Virus genome (UHGV): UHGV-0332176
Strand: one strand, 5' to 3'
DNA: 64,000 nucleotides
DNA from: a virus
The position numbers were made by a program, and so were the translations under genes. Below are positions 1 to 7,197 of the stretch, piece after piece; position 1 is the stretch's first letter; the number at the start of each line of letters is the position of its first letter. The notes beneath the pieces are model-generated. The model worked only from the letters and a program-made list of their open reading frames with translations, ran no database searches and was not told the DNA's origin.

Positions 1-247
1 CGTTATGGAACTGAATTAAATATTGATGATGAAGATAGTAAACGAAAAATTATTAGTGATATAGCAATAAATGATGATGACGATGATGAAGAAGATAATG
101 ATGAAAAAACAACTGATTATGTCATTATTTCATTAGAAACATTAATATCCACAAATAAAAATACCTATGTTTATAATAGTGGTGGTTATCAAATTATTTT
201 AACAAAAAAAGAAATTGATACAACTGATATGTGGAGATATGCTGTTT
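1..247 (+). CDS. partial CDS (C-terminal part), acidic D/E-rich protein; 5' end lies outside the window
   Basis: Open frame 1 from the window edge to TAA at 245-247; coding-like composition. Confidence 0.45.
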
Positions 248-268
248 AATTATTTTGTAAAAAAATAC

Positions 269-297
269 TTGACATATAAAAATTATTATGTTATATA
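269..297 (+). promoter_or_regulatory. sigma70-like promoter with extended -10: TTGACA, 17 nt, TGtTATATA
   Basis: TTGACA at 269-274 and TATATA at 292-297 with TG at 289-290; the same architecture recurs at 2386, 4756, 7146, 14341 and 14798. Confidence 0.5.
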
Positions 298-399
298 TAA
301 TATTGTTCCTAATGATGAATTAGGTTAGATGAAAAATCTGTAAAAATTGTGTTTATTTTTAATAATTCAGAAAGGAGTTATATATCAGAATCATTCAAT

Positions 400-830
400 A
401 ATTGGTATTATTAACCAATAGGAAGCCTTTTTAAGGCAATGAGAGTAACCAATCTTTCTTTTGATATATTATAATTTGTTGTTACTTGAATAATGGGTCG
501 CCAGCCCATAAAAGTATACAGATGATAAACTGAAAAGTTTTGAAGGTAGTTGTGAGTAATATGAGCATAAGGTTGAAATAGCCACAGTTGGATAACTGTG
601 AGTGACGTAAGAACCAGACAAATCGTGGTTGAAGAATCTGATGGCTGTATCTGGTTGGGAGTAATCAATCTCCCCATCTATTAAGCAAAGGAGTAATTAA
701 CCTTTGTGGATGTGACTGAATAATGTGTGAATATGAGGGGCTTGTCGGTAGTCAGGAGTCCGACCAACAAATTATAACAGTTTGTGGCAGTCGTTCTGTT
801 AAAAACTCTGCCTTTTTATTTAAATTGATA
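400..830 (+). ncRNA. candidate structured non-coding RNA of unidentified family
   Basis: About 430 nt with GC near 40% against a 27% background, downstream of the promoter at 269-297. No credible ORF. Local hairpins include gggag/ctccc (about 652-675) and gtcgg/ccgac (about 744-768). Confidence 0.3.
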
Positions 831-900
831 GTAAGAAAAAGATTTACATAGATTAATTTTTGGTATTAATAACAACAAATTTTTTTCAGGGTTCTTCAAT
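826..900 (+). ncRNA. repeat module 0: GATAGTAAG box, 9 nt, TACATAG box, short insert, gttcttc box
   Basis: Degenerate copy of the AATAGTGAG-N9/10-TACATAG ... ATGTTCTTT module found six times between 826 and 2330. Confidence 0.3.
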
Positions 901-916
901 TTAAATAAAAATTGCG

Positions 917-1030
917 AATAGTGAGTTATTAGATTTACATAGCTAAATTGGTTAAAGCATCAAATTGTTAATTTGAGTATTGTAGGTTCAATTCCTACTG
1001 TAAACACAATCTAATAGAATGTTCTTTCGC
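917..1030 (+). ncRNA. repeat module A: conserved boxes plus a covarying flanking stem (tattagatt/aatctaata) enclosing a tRNA-like domain
   Basis: AATAGTGAG at 917-925 and TACATAG at 936-942. A 9-bp stem 927-935/1009-1017 flanks the tRNA-like element, with a 3' bulge CACAAT. ATGTTCTTT box at 1019-1027. Confidence 0.5.
933..1006 (+). tRNA. tRNA or tRNA-like with anticodon GTT (Asn) and A1.C72 mismatch, embedded in module A
   Basis: Hand-folded cloverleaf: acceptor 933-939/999-1005, D arm gcta..agc, anticodon stem tcaaa/tttga with loop ttGTTaa, T arm gtagg-ttcaatt-cctac. Confidence 0.5.
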
Positions 1031-1079
1031 TTTTTATTATTTTGACATTTTTAATTAAATGTTTTATAAATAAATTTAT

Positions 1080-1165
1080 GGAAGGCAACTGGCTGGATGA
1101 AGACACCGACTTGAAATCGGCTGGGCAGAGATGCTTTGGGGGTTCGAGTCCCTCGCCTTCCGCCA
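1080..1165 (+). tRNA. tRNA-Ser(UGA), class II with long variable arm and encoded CCA
   Basis: Acceptor ggaaggc/gccttcc, anticodon loop cTTGAaa (hand-folded), long variable arm, T arm ggttcgagtcc, 3' GCCA. Confidence 0.7.
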
Positions 1166-1182
1166 TTTTTTTGAGAAAAAAT

Positions 1183-1569
1183 ATGAAATGTTTAAATTGT
1201 GGTAAAGAAATATTTGATAAAAAACATAAAAATAGAAAATATTGTTGTAATAAATGTCAAAAAGAATTTGAATGGAAACAAACAAAACAATTAATTGAAA
1301 TTTATAATACATATCAATTAAAAAATTATAATGAATATACTGCAAGAAGGACAGCTAAAAAATATTTAATTGAAAAATATGGAAATAAATGTAGTATTTG
1401 TGGAACGACTCATTGGTTAGGAAAACCAATTTTATTAATTGCTGACCATATAGATGGAGATGCCACAAATAATTCAATAAATAATATTAGACTTATTTGT
1501 TCTAATTGTGATGCTACATTAGATACATATAAAGCTAAAAATAAAAGTACAAGAACAAGTCGTAAGTAG
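1183..1569 (+). CDS. HNH homing endonuclease, inserted between two tRNA genes
   Basis: Zn-ribbon CxxC pairs and the HNH motif ADHIDGDATNN...NIRLICSNCDA. The ORF-track start at 1042 runs through tRNA-Ser, so the first plausible ATG is 1183. Confidence 0.7.
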   Translation: MKCLNCGKEIFDKKHKNRKYCCNKCQKEFEWKQTKQLIEIYNTYQLKNYNEYTARRTAKKYLIEKYGNKCSICGTTHWLGKPILLIADHIDGDATNNSINNIRLICSNCDATLDTYKAKNKSTRTSRK

Positions 1570-1574
1570 TTTTT

Positions 1575-1649
1575 GCCTTCGTGGCTCAATGGTACAGCAG
1601 TCGATTTGTAATCGACCATTTCCTCGTTCAAGTCGGGGCGAAGGCACCA
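1575..1649 (+). tRNA. tRNA-Thr(UGU) with encoded CCA
   Basis: Acceptor gccttcg/cgaaggc, anticodon stem gtcga/tcgac with loop ttTGTaa, T arm cctcg-ttcaagt-cgggg, ACCA 3' end. Confidence 0.75.
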
Positions 1650-1876
1650 ATTTTTAAGAGCTGACAAGCTGTTCCGCTTCTTATATTAAATAATATATAG
1701 CTTCTCGAACAGCGTTTTAATAAACTCTCCCGCTAAAGATACTTTGTGTATACAGCGAATATGGATAAACGTTAAATCGTTTTAATAACTATAATATAAC
1801 ACGTGTGAAAAAGTTATTATGAGTAAAGAGTTTTCATCAATCTCTATAAACAAAATTGATGAAATTATTTAAATGG

Positions 1877-1957
1877 TAATAGTGAGAAATAGATTTACAT
1901 AGATACTAACATTCAAACTGTTACAATATTAAAGAATCTATTAATATGTTCTTTACC
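1877..1957 (+). ncRNA. repeat module B: short module without a tRNA-like insert
   Basis: AATAGTGAG 1877-1885, TACATAG, covarying stem aatagatt/aatctatt, terminal AATATGTTCTTT. Confidence 0.4.
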
Positions 1958-1973
1958 AATTAAATAATTTTGA

Positions 1974-2045
1974 CAATAGTGATATAAAGAATTACATAGA
2001 TAACTGATTATTATCTGCCAGAAAATATTTCTTTATTATTATTCT
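1974..2045 (+). ncRNA. repeat module C, variant
   Basis: CAATAGTGAT box, TACATAG box, stem aaagaat/attcttt. Confidence 0.35.
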
Positions 2046-2065
2046 TTGTCATATAAAAAATTAGC

Positions 2066-2200
2066 AATAGTGAGAGAAAGATTTACATAGGCTTGTAACC
2101 CGTAGGTAATTGGTTCGAATCCAATCAGATGAATGAAAATTCATTTGTAGCTCATATTGGTAGAGCAACGAAAAAAAGAATCTTTCAATATGTTCTTTGC
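2066..2200 (+). ncRNA. repeat module D: circularly permuted tRNA-like domain, ordered anticodon arm, T arm, 3' acceptor, loop, 5' acceptor, D arm, enclosed by a covarying stem
   Basis: AATAGTGAG 2066-2074 with stem gaaagatt/aatctttc. T arm attgg-ttcgaat-ccaat, then cagatga pairs with the downstream tcatttg (acceptor-like), then D arm gctc-atattggta-gagc. An upstream anticodon-like arm atagg-cttgtaa-cccgt is present. Confidence 0.5.
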
Positions 2201-2217
2201 TTAATAAATTTTTTGGT

Positions 2218-2330
2218 GATAGTGATTAATTAGGTTTACATAGTGAAATGGTTAACACATTTGTCTTGAAAACAAAGAAATGCAGGTTCGAGTCCTGCTG
2301 TAAATAACACCTAATTTTTTGTTCTTCACC
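2218..2330 (+). ncRNA. repeat module E: boxes plus covarying stem (aattaggt/acctaatt) enclosing a class-I tRNA-like element
   Basis: GATAGTGAT box, TTACATAG box, 8-bp flanking stem 2228-2235/2309-2316, bulge ATAAC, gttcttc box. Confidence 0.5.
2234..2306 (+). tRNA. tRNA-like with anticodon UGA but a short variable arm, so class I rather than the class II expected for Ser; probably a tRNA-mimic domain rather than a decoding tRNA
   Basis: Acceptor gtttaca/tgtaaat, anticodon stem tttgt/acaaa with loop cTTGAaa, T arm gcagg-ttcgagt-cctgc, all hand-folded. Confidence 0.4.
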
Positions 2331-2343
2331 TAACATTTTGCAA

Positions 2344-2372
2344 CCCAAGAACATATGTTCTTGGGTTTTTTT
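2344..2372 (+). terminator. rho-independent terminator closing the RNA island
   Basis: cccaagaac-atat-gttcttggg hairpin followed by T7. Confidence 0.6.
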
Positions 2373-2385
2373 ATTAAATAAATTC

Positions 2386-2414
2386 TTGACATATTTTATT
2401 TAATATGTTATAAA
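2386..2414 (+). promoter_or_regulatory. sigma70-like promoter upstream of the Ro60 gene
   Basis: TTGACA 2386-2391, 17-nt spacer, TG-n-TATAAA 2406-2414. Confidence 0.5.
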
Positions 2415-2454
2415 CAGGAATGTAAATTAACCTTAACTTATGGAGTGTTGAAAA

Positions 2455-3744
2455 ATGAAAACAAATAAAGCAATTAAAAAAGACCCAGTATATACTTATG
2501 AAGGTGGTAAAGCATCTCATATTTCTGAATTAGAAGAACTTAAAAGAGCAACAATGTCTTGTTTGCTTTGGGAAGATAATTTCTATGAAGATGGAGTATC
2601 TATTGCAGATAGAATTACCTCATTAGTTAAGGCTTGTATAGATAAAGGTCATTATGATGATGTTATTGATATTTTAAAGAAAGTTAAATTTGATATGAAA
2701 ATTCGTCATTGTCCTTTATGGATGATTGTTGCAATTTATAAAGCTGGTAAAACAATTTCTAAAGATGTTATTGCATCTATCTTAACAAGACCTGATGATA
2801 TGGGTGAATTGCTATCTTTATATAGAAAAGATAATGAAAAATCTCCTATTCCAAATGCTATTAAGAAAGGTATGGCTATTGCATTACAAAAATTTGATGA
2901 ATATCAATTAGCAAAATGGAATCGTAATGCAAATTATAAATTAGTTGATATTGTTAATATTTGCCATCCAAAGGTAACTGAAGCTATTGATAAATTAGTT
3001 AAAGGTACTTTAGAAACTCCTAAAACTTGGGAAGTTTTACTTTCAGCAGCAGGTTCAGATAAAGAAAAGAAAAAAGATGCTTGGAATGAATTAATTGAAT
3101 CTAATAAATTACCAGATATGGCTTTATTAAAGAATATTCGTGGTATGCTAGAAAGCGGTGTATCAAAAACTGTTATTGTTGATAGAATTAATATGATTAA
3201 AAGTGGTCGTTTACTACCAATTGATTATATTAGAGCTGCAGAAAATAATCCATCTTTAGAAAATGAAATTGAAAAGAAATTTCTAAATTGCTTTGAAAAA
3301 CCATCATTATACGGTAAAACTGCAATTCTTGTAGATGTTTCAGGTTCAATGGATGGTGAACGCTTAAAATATGCAAATGCATTGGCAATGATTGGACGTG
3401 AAATGTGCTCAGAAGTTGATATATATTCATTCTCTGATTATGTTAAATTTGTACCAAATCGTAGAGGTTTTGCATTAGCAGAAGCTATTGATAAATCTCA
3501 AACTCATTGGGGAACTAATATGTGGGATGCTATTACTGAAGTTGAAAAAGGACGTTATGATAGAATTATTGTTGTAACTGATGAACAAACTATGGGTAGT
3601 CCTCATAATGCTAAAATTAAAAATGCATATATGATTAATGTGGCATCTTATTCAAAAGGTGTTGGATATAACAATGGTTATAAACACATTAATGGTTTTT
3701 CAGATAAAGTATTCAATTACATTTCTGAAATTGAAAATGTATAA
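2455..3744 (+). CDS. Ro60/Rsr-like protein with TROVE-like N-terminal region and C-terminal vWA domain (MIDAS DVSGSM)
   Basis: 429 aa. vWA motif ILVDVSGSMDG plus later SFSD / TDEQ elements. The alpha-helical repeat-like N-terminal two-thirds is consistent with TROVE. It follows the tRNA-like RNA module array. Confidence 0.6.
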   Translation: MKTNKAIKKDPVYTYEGGKASHISELEELKRATMSCLLWEDNFYEDGVSIADRITSLVKACIDKGHYDDVIDILKKVKFDMKIRHCPLWMIVAIYKAGKTISKDVIASILTRPDDMGELLSLYRKDNEKSPIPNAIKKGMAIALQKFDEYQLAKWNRNANYKLVDIVNICHPKVTEAIDKLVKGTLETPKTWEVLLSAAGSDKEKKKDAWNELIESNKLPDMALLKNIRGMLESGVSKTVIVDRINMIKSGRLLPIDYIRAAENNPSLENEIEKKFLNCFEKPSLYGKTAILVDVSGSMDGERLKYANALAMIGREMCSEVDIYSFSDYVKFVPNRRGFALAEAIDKSQTHWGTNMWDAITEVEKGRYDRIIVVTDEQTMGSPHNAKIKNAYMINVASYSKGVGYNNGYKHINGFSDKVFNYISEIENV

Positions 3745-4068
3745 ATATTATTAACAAACCCGATAGGCTTCTTATTTAATTGAGTAGTATGGGTATATTA
3801 GATGACTTAATGCTCACTCCCCTCTGCTACTCTTTAAATTAAATATAGCACAATTATCTTTCTGGAATTGACCAGATAAGTTTATTAAAATTCCTAGGTT
3901 AAATTAATAAATGGGTAGATTTATAAAATTATCCTAAACACGCTCTGATACTTTAATAGTATTAACGCTTATTATATGAGATTACATATAACAATTATAA
4001 TTTCAGCTGTTCAGTTATAATTGGGATATTGGATTTAATCAATTTAACAAGAGAGATTAATTTCTTTC

Positions 4069-4320
4069 TTGTTAAATTATTTTTGTATAAAAGGAAATAA
4101 AATGTTAAATTTAAAAAGTATTTTAAATGATAATATGAGAGTAAAATTTGATTTTTATCGTGATGGTGCTTTATGGTATTCAACAATGAATGGATTTCAA
4201 TTTCCTGTTTCCGTAAAAACATTAGCTGGTACAACAATTTTAAAAGCTAATGATAAAGCATCAGCATTTAGTTATTATATTAAAAAATATTATAATGAAT
4301 TAAATAAAGATAAGGAATAA
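4069..4320 (+). CDS. hypothetical protein
   Basis: ORF with an upstream AAGGAAA ribosome-binding site. Confidence 0.4.
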   Translation: MLNYFCIKGNKMLNLKSILNDNMRVKFDFYRDGALWYSTMNGFQFPVSVKTLAGTTILKANDKASAFSYYIKKYYNELNKDKE

Positions 4321-4325
4321 TTTAG

Positions 4326-4742
4326 ATGAGATTACAATTTTATGTTCAAACAAAAGAAATATCAAAAAATAATCAATTATATGGTGTTATGACAATGATT
4401 GATGATAAGCCATTTGATTATTTGATTGGTAATATGGAAGGTGATAAAGAATATGTTATTGATAAAGTATCTAAAAATATTTTAATTAAAAATAAAACTG
4501 TTTTAAAAAATAATTATTATTCTTTTAAATATGATAATTTAGATATAACGAAAAAAATGTTATATAAATTTCATACTGAAGATTTTTATAAACAGTATTC
4601 AAAAGAACAACAAACATCATTAGATGCATTACCAGCTATTTTTCTTTCTGATTTGACTAAATTATCTAACTTAACAAAACGAATGAATAATTACGAACAA
4701 TTATTACAAAATAAATTTTATAATTCAAAAAATCGCATTTAA
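4326..4742 (+). CDS. hypothetical protein
   Basis: ORF followed by the terminator at 4729-4755. Confidence 0.45.
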   Translation: MRLQFYVQTKEISKNNQLYGVMTMIDDKPFDYLIGNMEGDKEYVIDKVSKNILIKNKTVLKNNYYSFKYDNLDITKKMLYKFHTEDFYKQYSKEQQTSLDALPAIFLSDLTKLSNLTKRMNNYEQLLQNKFYNSKNRI

Positions 4743-4755
4743 TGCGATTTTTTTG
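4729..4755 (+). terminator. rho-independent terminator
   Basis: aaatcgcatt/aatgcgattt hairpin plus T-run, immediately before the promoter at 4756. Confidence 0.55.
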
Positions 4756-4783
4756 TTGACAAGTATTTTTATTATGTTATATT
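4756..4783 (+). promoter_or_regulatory. sigma70-like promoter
   Basis: TTGACA 4756-4761, TG at 4775-4776, TATATT 4778-4783. Confidence 0.5.
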
Positions 4784-4889
4784 AATATCATCTTAAATGT
4801 TTTGGAGAAAAATAATGGTATATCTTTTCATTTTTTGTATTTTATATTTTATTATTTTTAATGATTCAATTAATTAATGGAGAAAAAAT

Positions 4890-5129
4890 ATGAAATGGTA
4901 CACACAAGCAGATATGCCTTATGGTAAAGAACCGATTGTTGTAAAAACTGTTGATAAACAAATTTATTTAGGAAATCATCAACATATTCATAATTCTAAT
5001 CTTAAACATACTTTTAAGAATGAAGAACAATGGGTATTAACAACTAATCAACAAAAAATTGAATGGTCAAAAATTAAAGAATGGCATTATGTTCGAAAAA
5101 TTGTTGATGTAATTGAAAGGAAATTTTAA
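4890..5129 (+). CDS. hypothetical protein
   Basis: ORF with GGAGAAAA ribosome-binding site. Confidence 0.45.
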   Translation: MKWYTQADMPYGKEPIVVKTVDKQIYLGNHQHIHNSNLKHTFKNEEQWVLTTNQQKIEWSKIKEWHYVRKIVDVIERKF

Positions 5130-5399
5130 ATGAAAAATTATTTGATAATGGTTTATAATTTTAGTCAATGGATGTGGGTTTATGATTTCCAAAATAAAAA
5201 ATGGAATAAATTTAATTGGGGTAATAATATTTCTCCTAAGCAATTTCTTGAAATTGCTGAAAAATATAATATGTTTTATTTTTCAGCTAAAGATGTAGAA
5301 GAATCATATTCTAAATTTGATAAAGATGAAATAGAATTTATGGGTTTTGATGACCCAAACTGGAAAGAAAAAGTGAGGATTATAAGTTATGTTGGCTAA
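5130..5399 (+). CDS. hypothetical protein
   Basis: ORF; GGAAA site upstream. Confidence 0.45.
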   Translation: MKNYLIMVYNFSQWMWVYDFQNKKWNKFNWGNNISPKQFLEIAEKYNMFYFSAKDVEESYSKFDKDEIEFMGFDDPNWKEKVRIISYVG

Positions 5400-5733
5400 A
5401 AAGAAAAATATTTTTAAAAAGATATTGTATTTTATTATAATCGTTGGTACTCTTATTTTAGGATTATCTATTAGTGATGCAAATGCTAAATATGTTATTG
5501 CTTCTCAATATTCTTTTGATACAGACACATTTGCACAAATTTTAGAGATATGTGAAATGAAAGGTTGTCAACTTAAAGGTAATTTGGTTTATAATTCTTA
5601 TGGAAAATATTTACAAGTATTAATGGATTGTCCATACATATTTGATTATGAATATATAACAGAAAAAATGTTTGAATATTGGTCACACGATATAGAAATT
5701 AAATTGCCACAAGATATATCTAAATTTCTATAA
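5389..5733 (+). CDS. hypothetical protein with N-terminal signal or transmembrane segment
   Basis: Hydrophobic stretch ILYFIIIVGTLILGLSISDANA. Confidence 0.45.
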   Translation: MLAKKKNIFKKILYFIIIVGTLILGLSISDANAKYVIASQYSFDTDTFAQILEICEMKGCQLKGNLVYNSYGKYLQVLMDCPYIFDYEYITEKMFEYWSHDIEIKLPQDISKFL

Positions 5734-5743
5734 ATATGAATAC

Positions 5744-5832
5744 GAATGGTGGATGTAGTCAAGTTGGTCGAAGACGTTAGATTGTGGCTCTAATACATAA
5801 GAAACATCGTGGGTTCAAATCCCACCATTCAC
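5744..5832 (+). tRNA. tRNA, class II with long variable arm; isotype not resolved by hand-folding (anticodon-loop candidate ttGTGgc)
   Basis: Acceptor gaatggt/accattc, T arm gtggg-ttcaaat-cccac, variable arm of about 15 nt. The anticodon stem ttaga/tctaa found by hand is ambiguous. Confidence 0.5.
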
Positions 5833-5925
5833 CCACCTCAATAATGCAATAACCTTTACGAGGTTTGAGGTATAAGTAATTCAATAGTTGGATGAAACTA
5901 ATAATTGCAAAATATTGAAAAATTT

Positions 5926-6002
5926 GGCTCGTTAGGCGAATTGGCATAGCCGTCTGTCTTAGGTACAGAAGTTTGGGGGTTCGAGTCCCTCACGAGCTAC
6001 CA
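5926..6002 (+). tRNA. tRNA with anticodon UAG as hand-folded (a Leu anticodon but class I shape); encoded CCA
   Basis: Acceptor ggctcgt/acgagct, anticodon stem tctgt/acaga with loop ctTAGgt, T arm ggggg-ttcgagt-ccctc, ACCA end. Confidence 0.55.
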
Positions 6003-6006
6003 ATAT

Positions 6007-6083
6007 GGGCAGATGACGGAATTGGTATACGTGCTACACTCAAAATGTAGATTTTGTGAGTTCAAATCTCACTCTGCCTACCA
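6007..6083 (+). tRNA. tRNA with anticodon CAA as hand-folded (class I shape); encoded CCA
   Basis: Acceptor gggcaga/tctgcct, anticodon stem ctaca/tgtag with loop ctCAAaa, T arm gtgag-ttcaaat-ctcac, ACCA end. Confidence 0.55.
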
Positions 6084-6244
6084 AGATAAATTAAAATTGT
6101 GGGGAAAAATGAGAACAGTTTATGAATATATAAAAGAATTTATTCTTCAAATTTGTTGGCTTTTTAAATAATTTTGTGGAGAAATAATATGTGCAAAGAG
6201 GAAAATGACATCAAGTAAGTTAATAACTTATAGGAGATGTCAAA

Positions 6245-6556
6245 ATGACAAAAGGAAAAGATGTTCGCATCTATAAATCTTACAAAAAAATAGTTCGCCG
6301 TTATAATCGTGATTCAGGTTATATTGAATTTTACGAAGAAGAAGACCGTTGGGATTTCCCTTTCATTCGTAGAAAAAATGGATATGCTAAACTCAAAAAA
6401 AATAATGTTACTTGTAAAGAATTTGGAGTTAAAGGTGTTCCTAATGAAGATGTTAGCAAATATGACCCTTATAATGATGACCGTGCCAGAGCTTATGCTG
6501 AAGCTAAGAGCTGGAAAAGAAACTCTAAAAGAAAGCATCAATGGAAGGAATTGTAA
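6245..6556 (+). CDS. hypothetical basic protein
   Basis: ORF with GGAG ribosome-binding site; K/R-rich. Confidence 0.5.
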   Translation: MTKGKDVRIYKSYKKIVRRYNRDSGYIEFYEEEDRWDFPFIRRKNGYAKLKKNNVTCKEFGVKGVPNEDVSKYDPYNDDRARAYAEAKSWKRNSKRKHQWKEL

Positions 6557-6726
6557 TAGCAACATTAAGTAAAGATTCTAAATATTATGATATTTCTAAT
6601 GGTAAGAAAAAATATATAAAATACATAACAAAAAGAAAAGCCAGAAGAAATTTTAAAAAAGGATTGATGGAAATAAATTCTAAAAAATTAGGTTGCCAGT
6701 TATATTACTATGATAGATATTGGTAA
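6541..6726 (+). CDS. small hypothetical basic protein
   Basis: ORF only. Confidence 0.25.
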   Translation: MEGIVIATLSKDSKYYDISNGKKKYIKYITKRKARRNFKKGLMEINSKKLGCQLYYYDRYW

Positions 6727-6775
6727 ATAAAAGAGATTAAAAATATTATTATGTCTAATTTAATTATTATAGGTT

Positions 6776-7066
6776 ATGGAAAATAAAGATAGTTTATTTT
6801 TTCAGATGTACCAGATACAAAATGGTAAAATATTTGATTCAAAGGATTGCATCCTGTTAATGGAATCAAAAGTTTATAAATATCCAGAAGAAAAATGTCC
6901 ATTTTGTAATAGTATATTGGAAGACGGTCATTCAAAAGATTGTATGATGTATGAATATCCAACTATTTCAATCTGGTGGTTTATTTTACCCATATTATTA
7001 CTCATTGCTAGTGGATATATATGGATAAAGTTTAAAATAAATGAATATAAAAAGCGAAAGAAGTAA
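6776..7066 (+). CDS. small protein with CxxC...C Zn-ribbon-like motif and a C-terminal transmembrane helix
   Basis: CPFCNS...HSKDC, then the hydrophobic stretch ISIWWFILPILLLIASGYIWI. Confidence 0.45.
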   Translation: MENKDSLFFQMYQIQNGKIFDSKDCILLMESKVYKYPEEKCPFCNSILEDGHSKDCMMYEYPTISIWWFILPILLLIASGYIWIKFKINEYKKRKK

Positions 7067-7145
7067 TGTTTTTACAATTAACTTTTTCATTTTTAGTGTA
7101 TTACTGCTTGTGAAAGTCGTATACACTTTTTTTATTATAAAGTTC

Positions 7146-7174
7146 TTGACAAATTGTATCTCCTTGTGTAGAAT
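7146..7174 (+). promoter_or_regulatory. sigma70-like promoter: TTGACA, 17 nt, TG-TAGAAT
   Basis: TTGACA 7146-7151, TAGAAT 7169-7174. It overlaps the inverted repeat at 7157-7188. Confidence 0.5.
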
Positions 7175-7188
7175 GACCTACACAAGGA
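7157..7188 (+). promoter_or_regulatory. perfect 13-bp inverted repeat tctccttgtgtag N6 ctacacaaggaga overlapping the -10 element and the ribosome-binding site
   Basis: Seen directly. The 3' arm contains the GGAG site of the ORF at 7198. Confidence 0.5.
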
Positions 7189-7197
7189 GATTTTTTT

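Noticed and set aside
411-677. 88-aa minus-strand ORF
   Set aside because: Lies within the GC-enriched noncoding region; no ribosome-binding site; low-complexity translation.
1042-1182. N-terminal extension of the HNH ORF, from the 1042 start
   Set aside because: It would translate straight through tRNA-Ser (1080-1165); the true start is ATG 1183.
1076-1667. Minus-strand ORFs 1076-1345 and 1410-1667
   Set aside because: Antisense to the HNH gene and the tRNAs; AT-rich codon artefacts.
6541-6726. 61-aa ORF, on the chance that the 6245-6726 region is a single frameshifted gene
   Set aside because: No evidence of a slippery site. Kept as a separate low-confidence small CDS instead.
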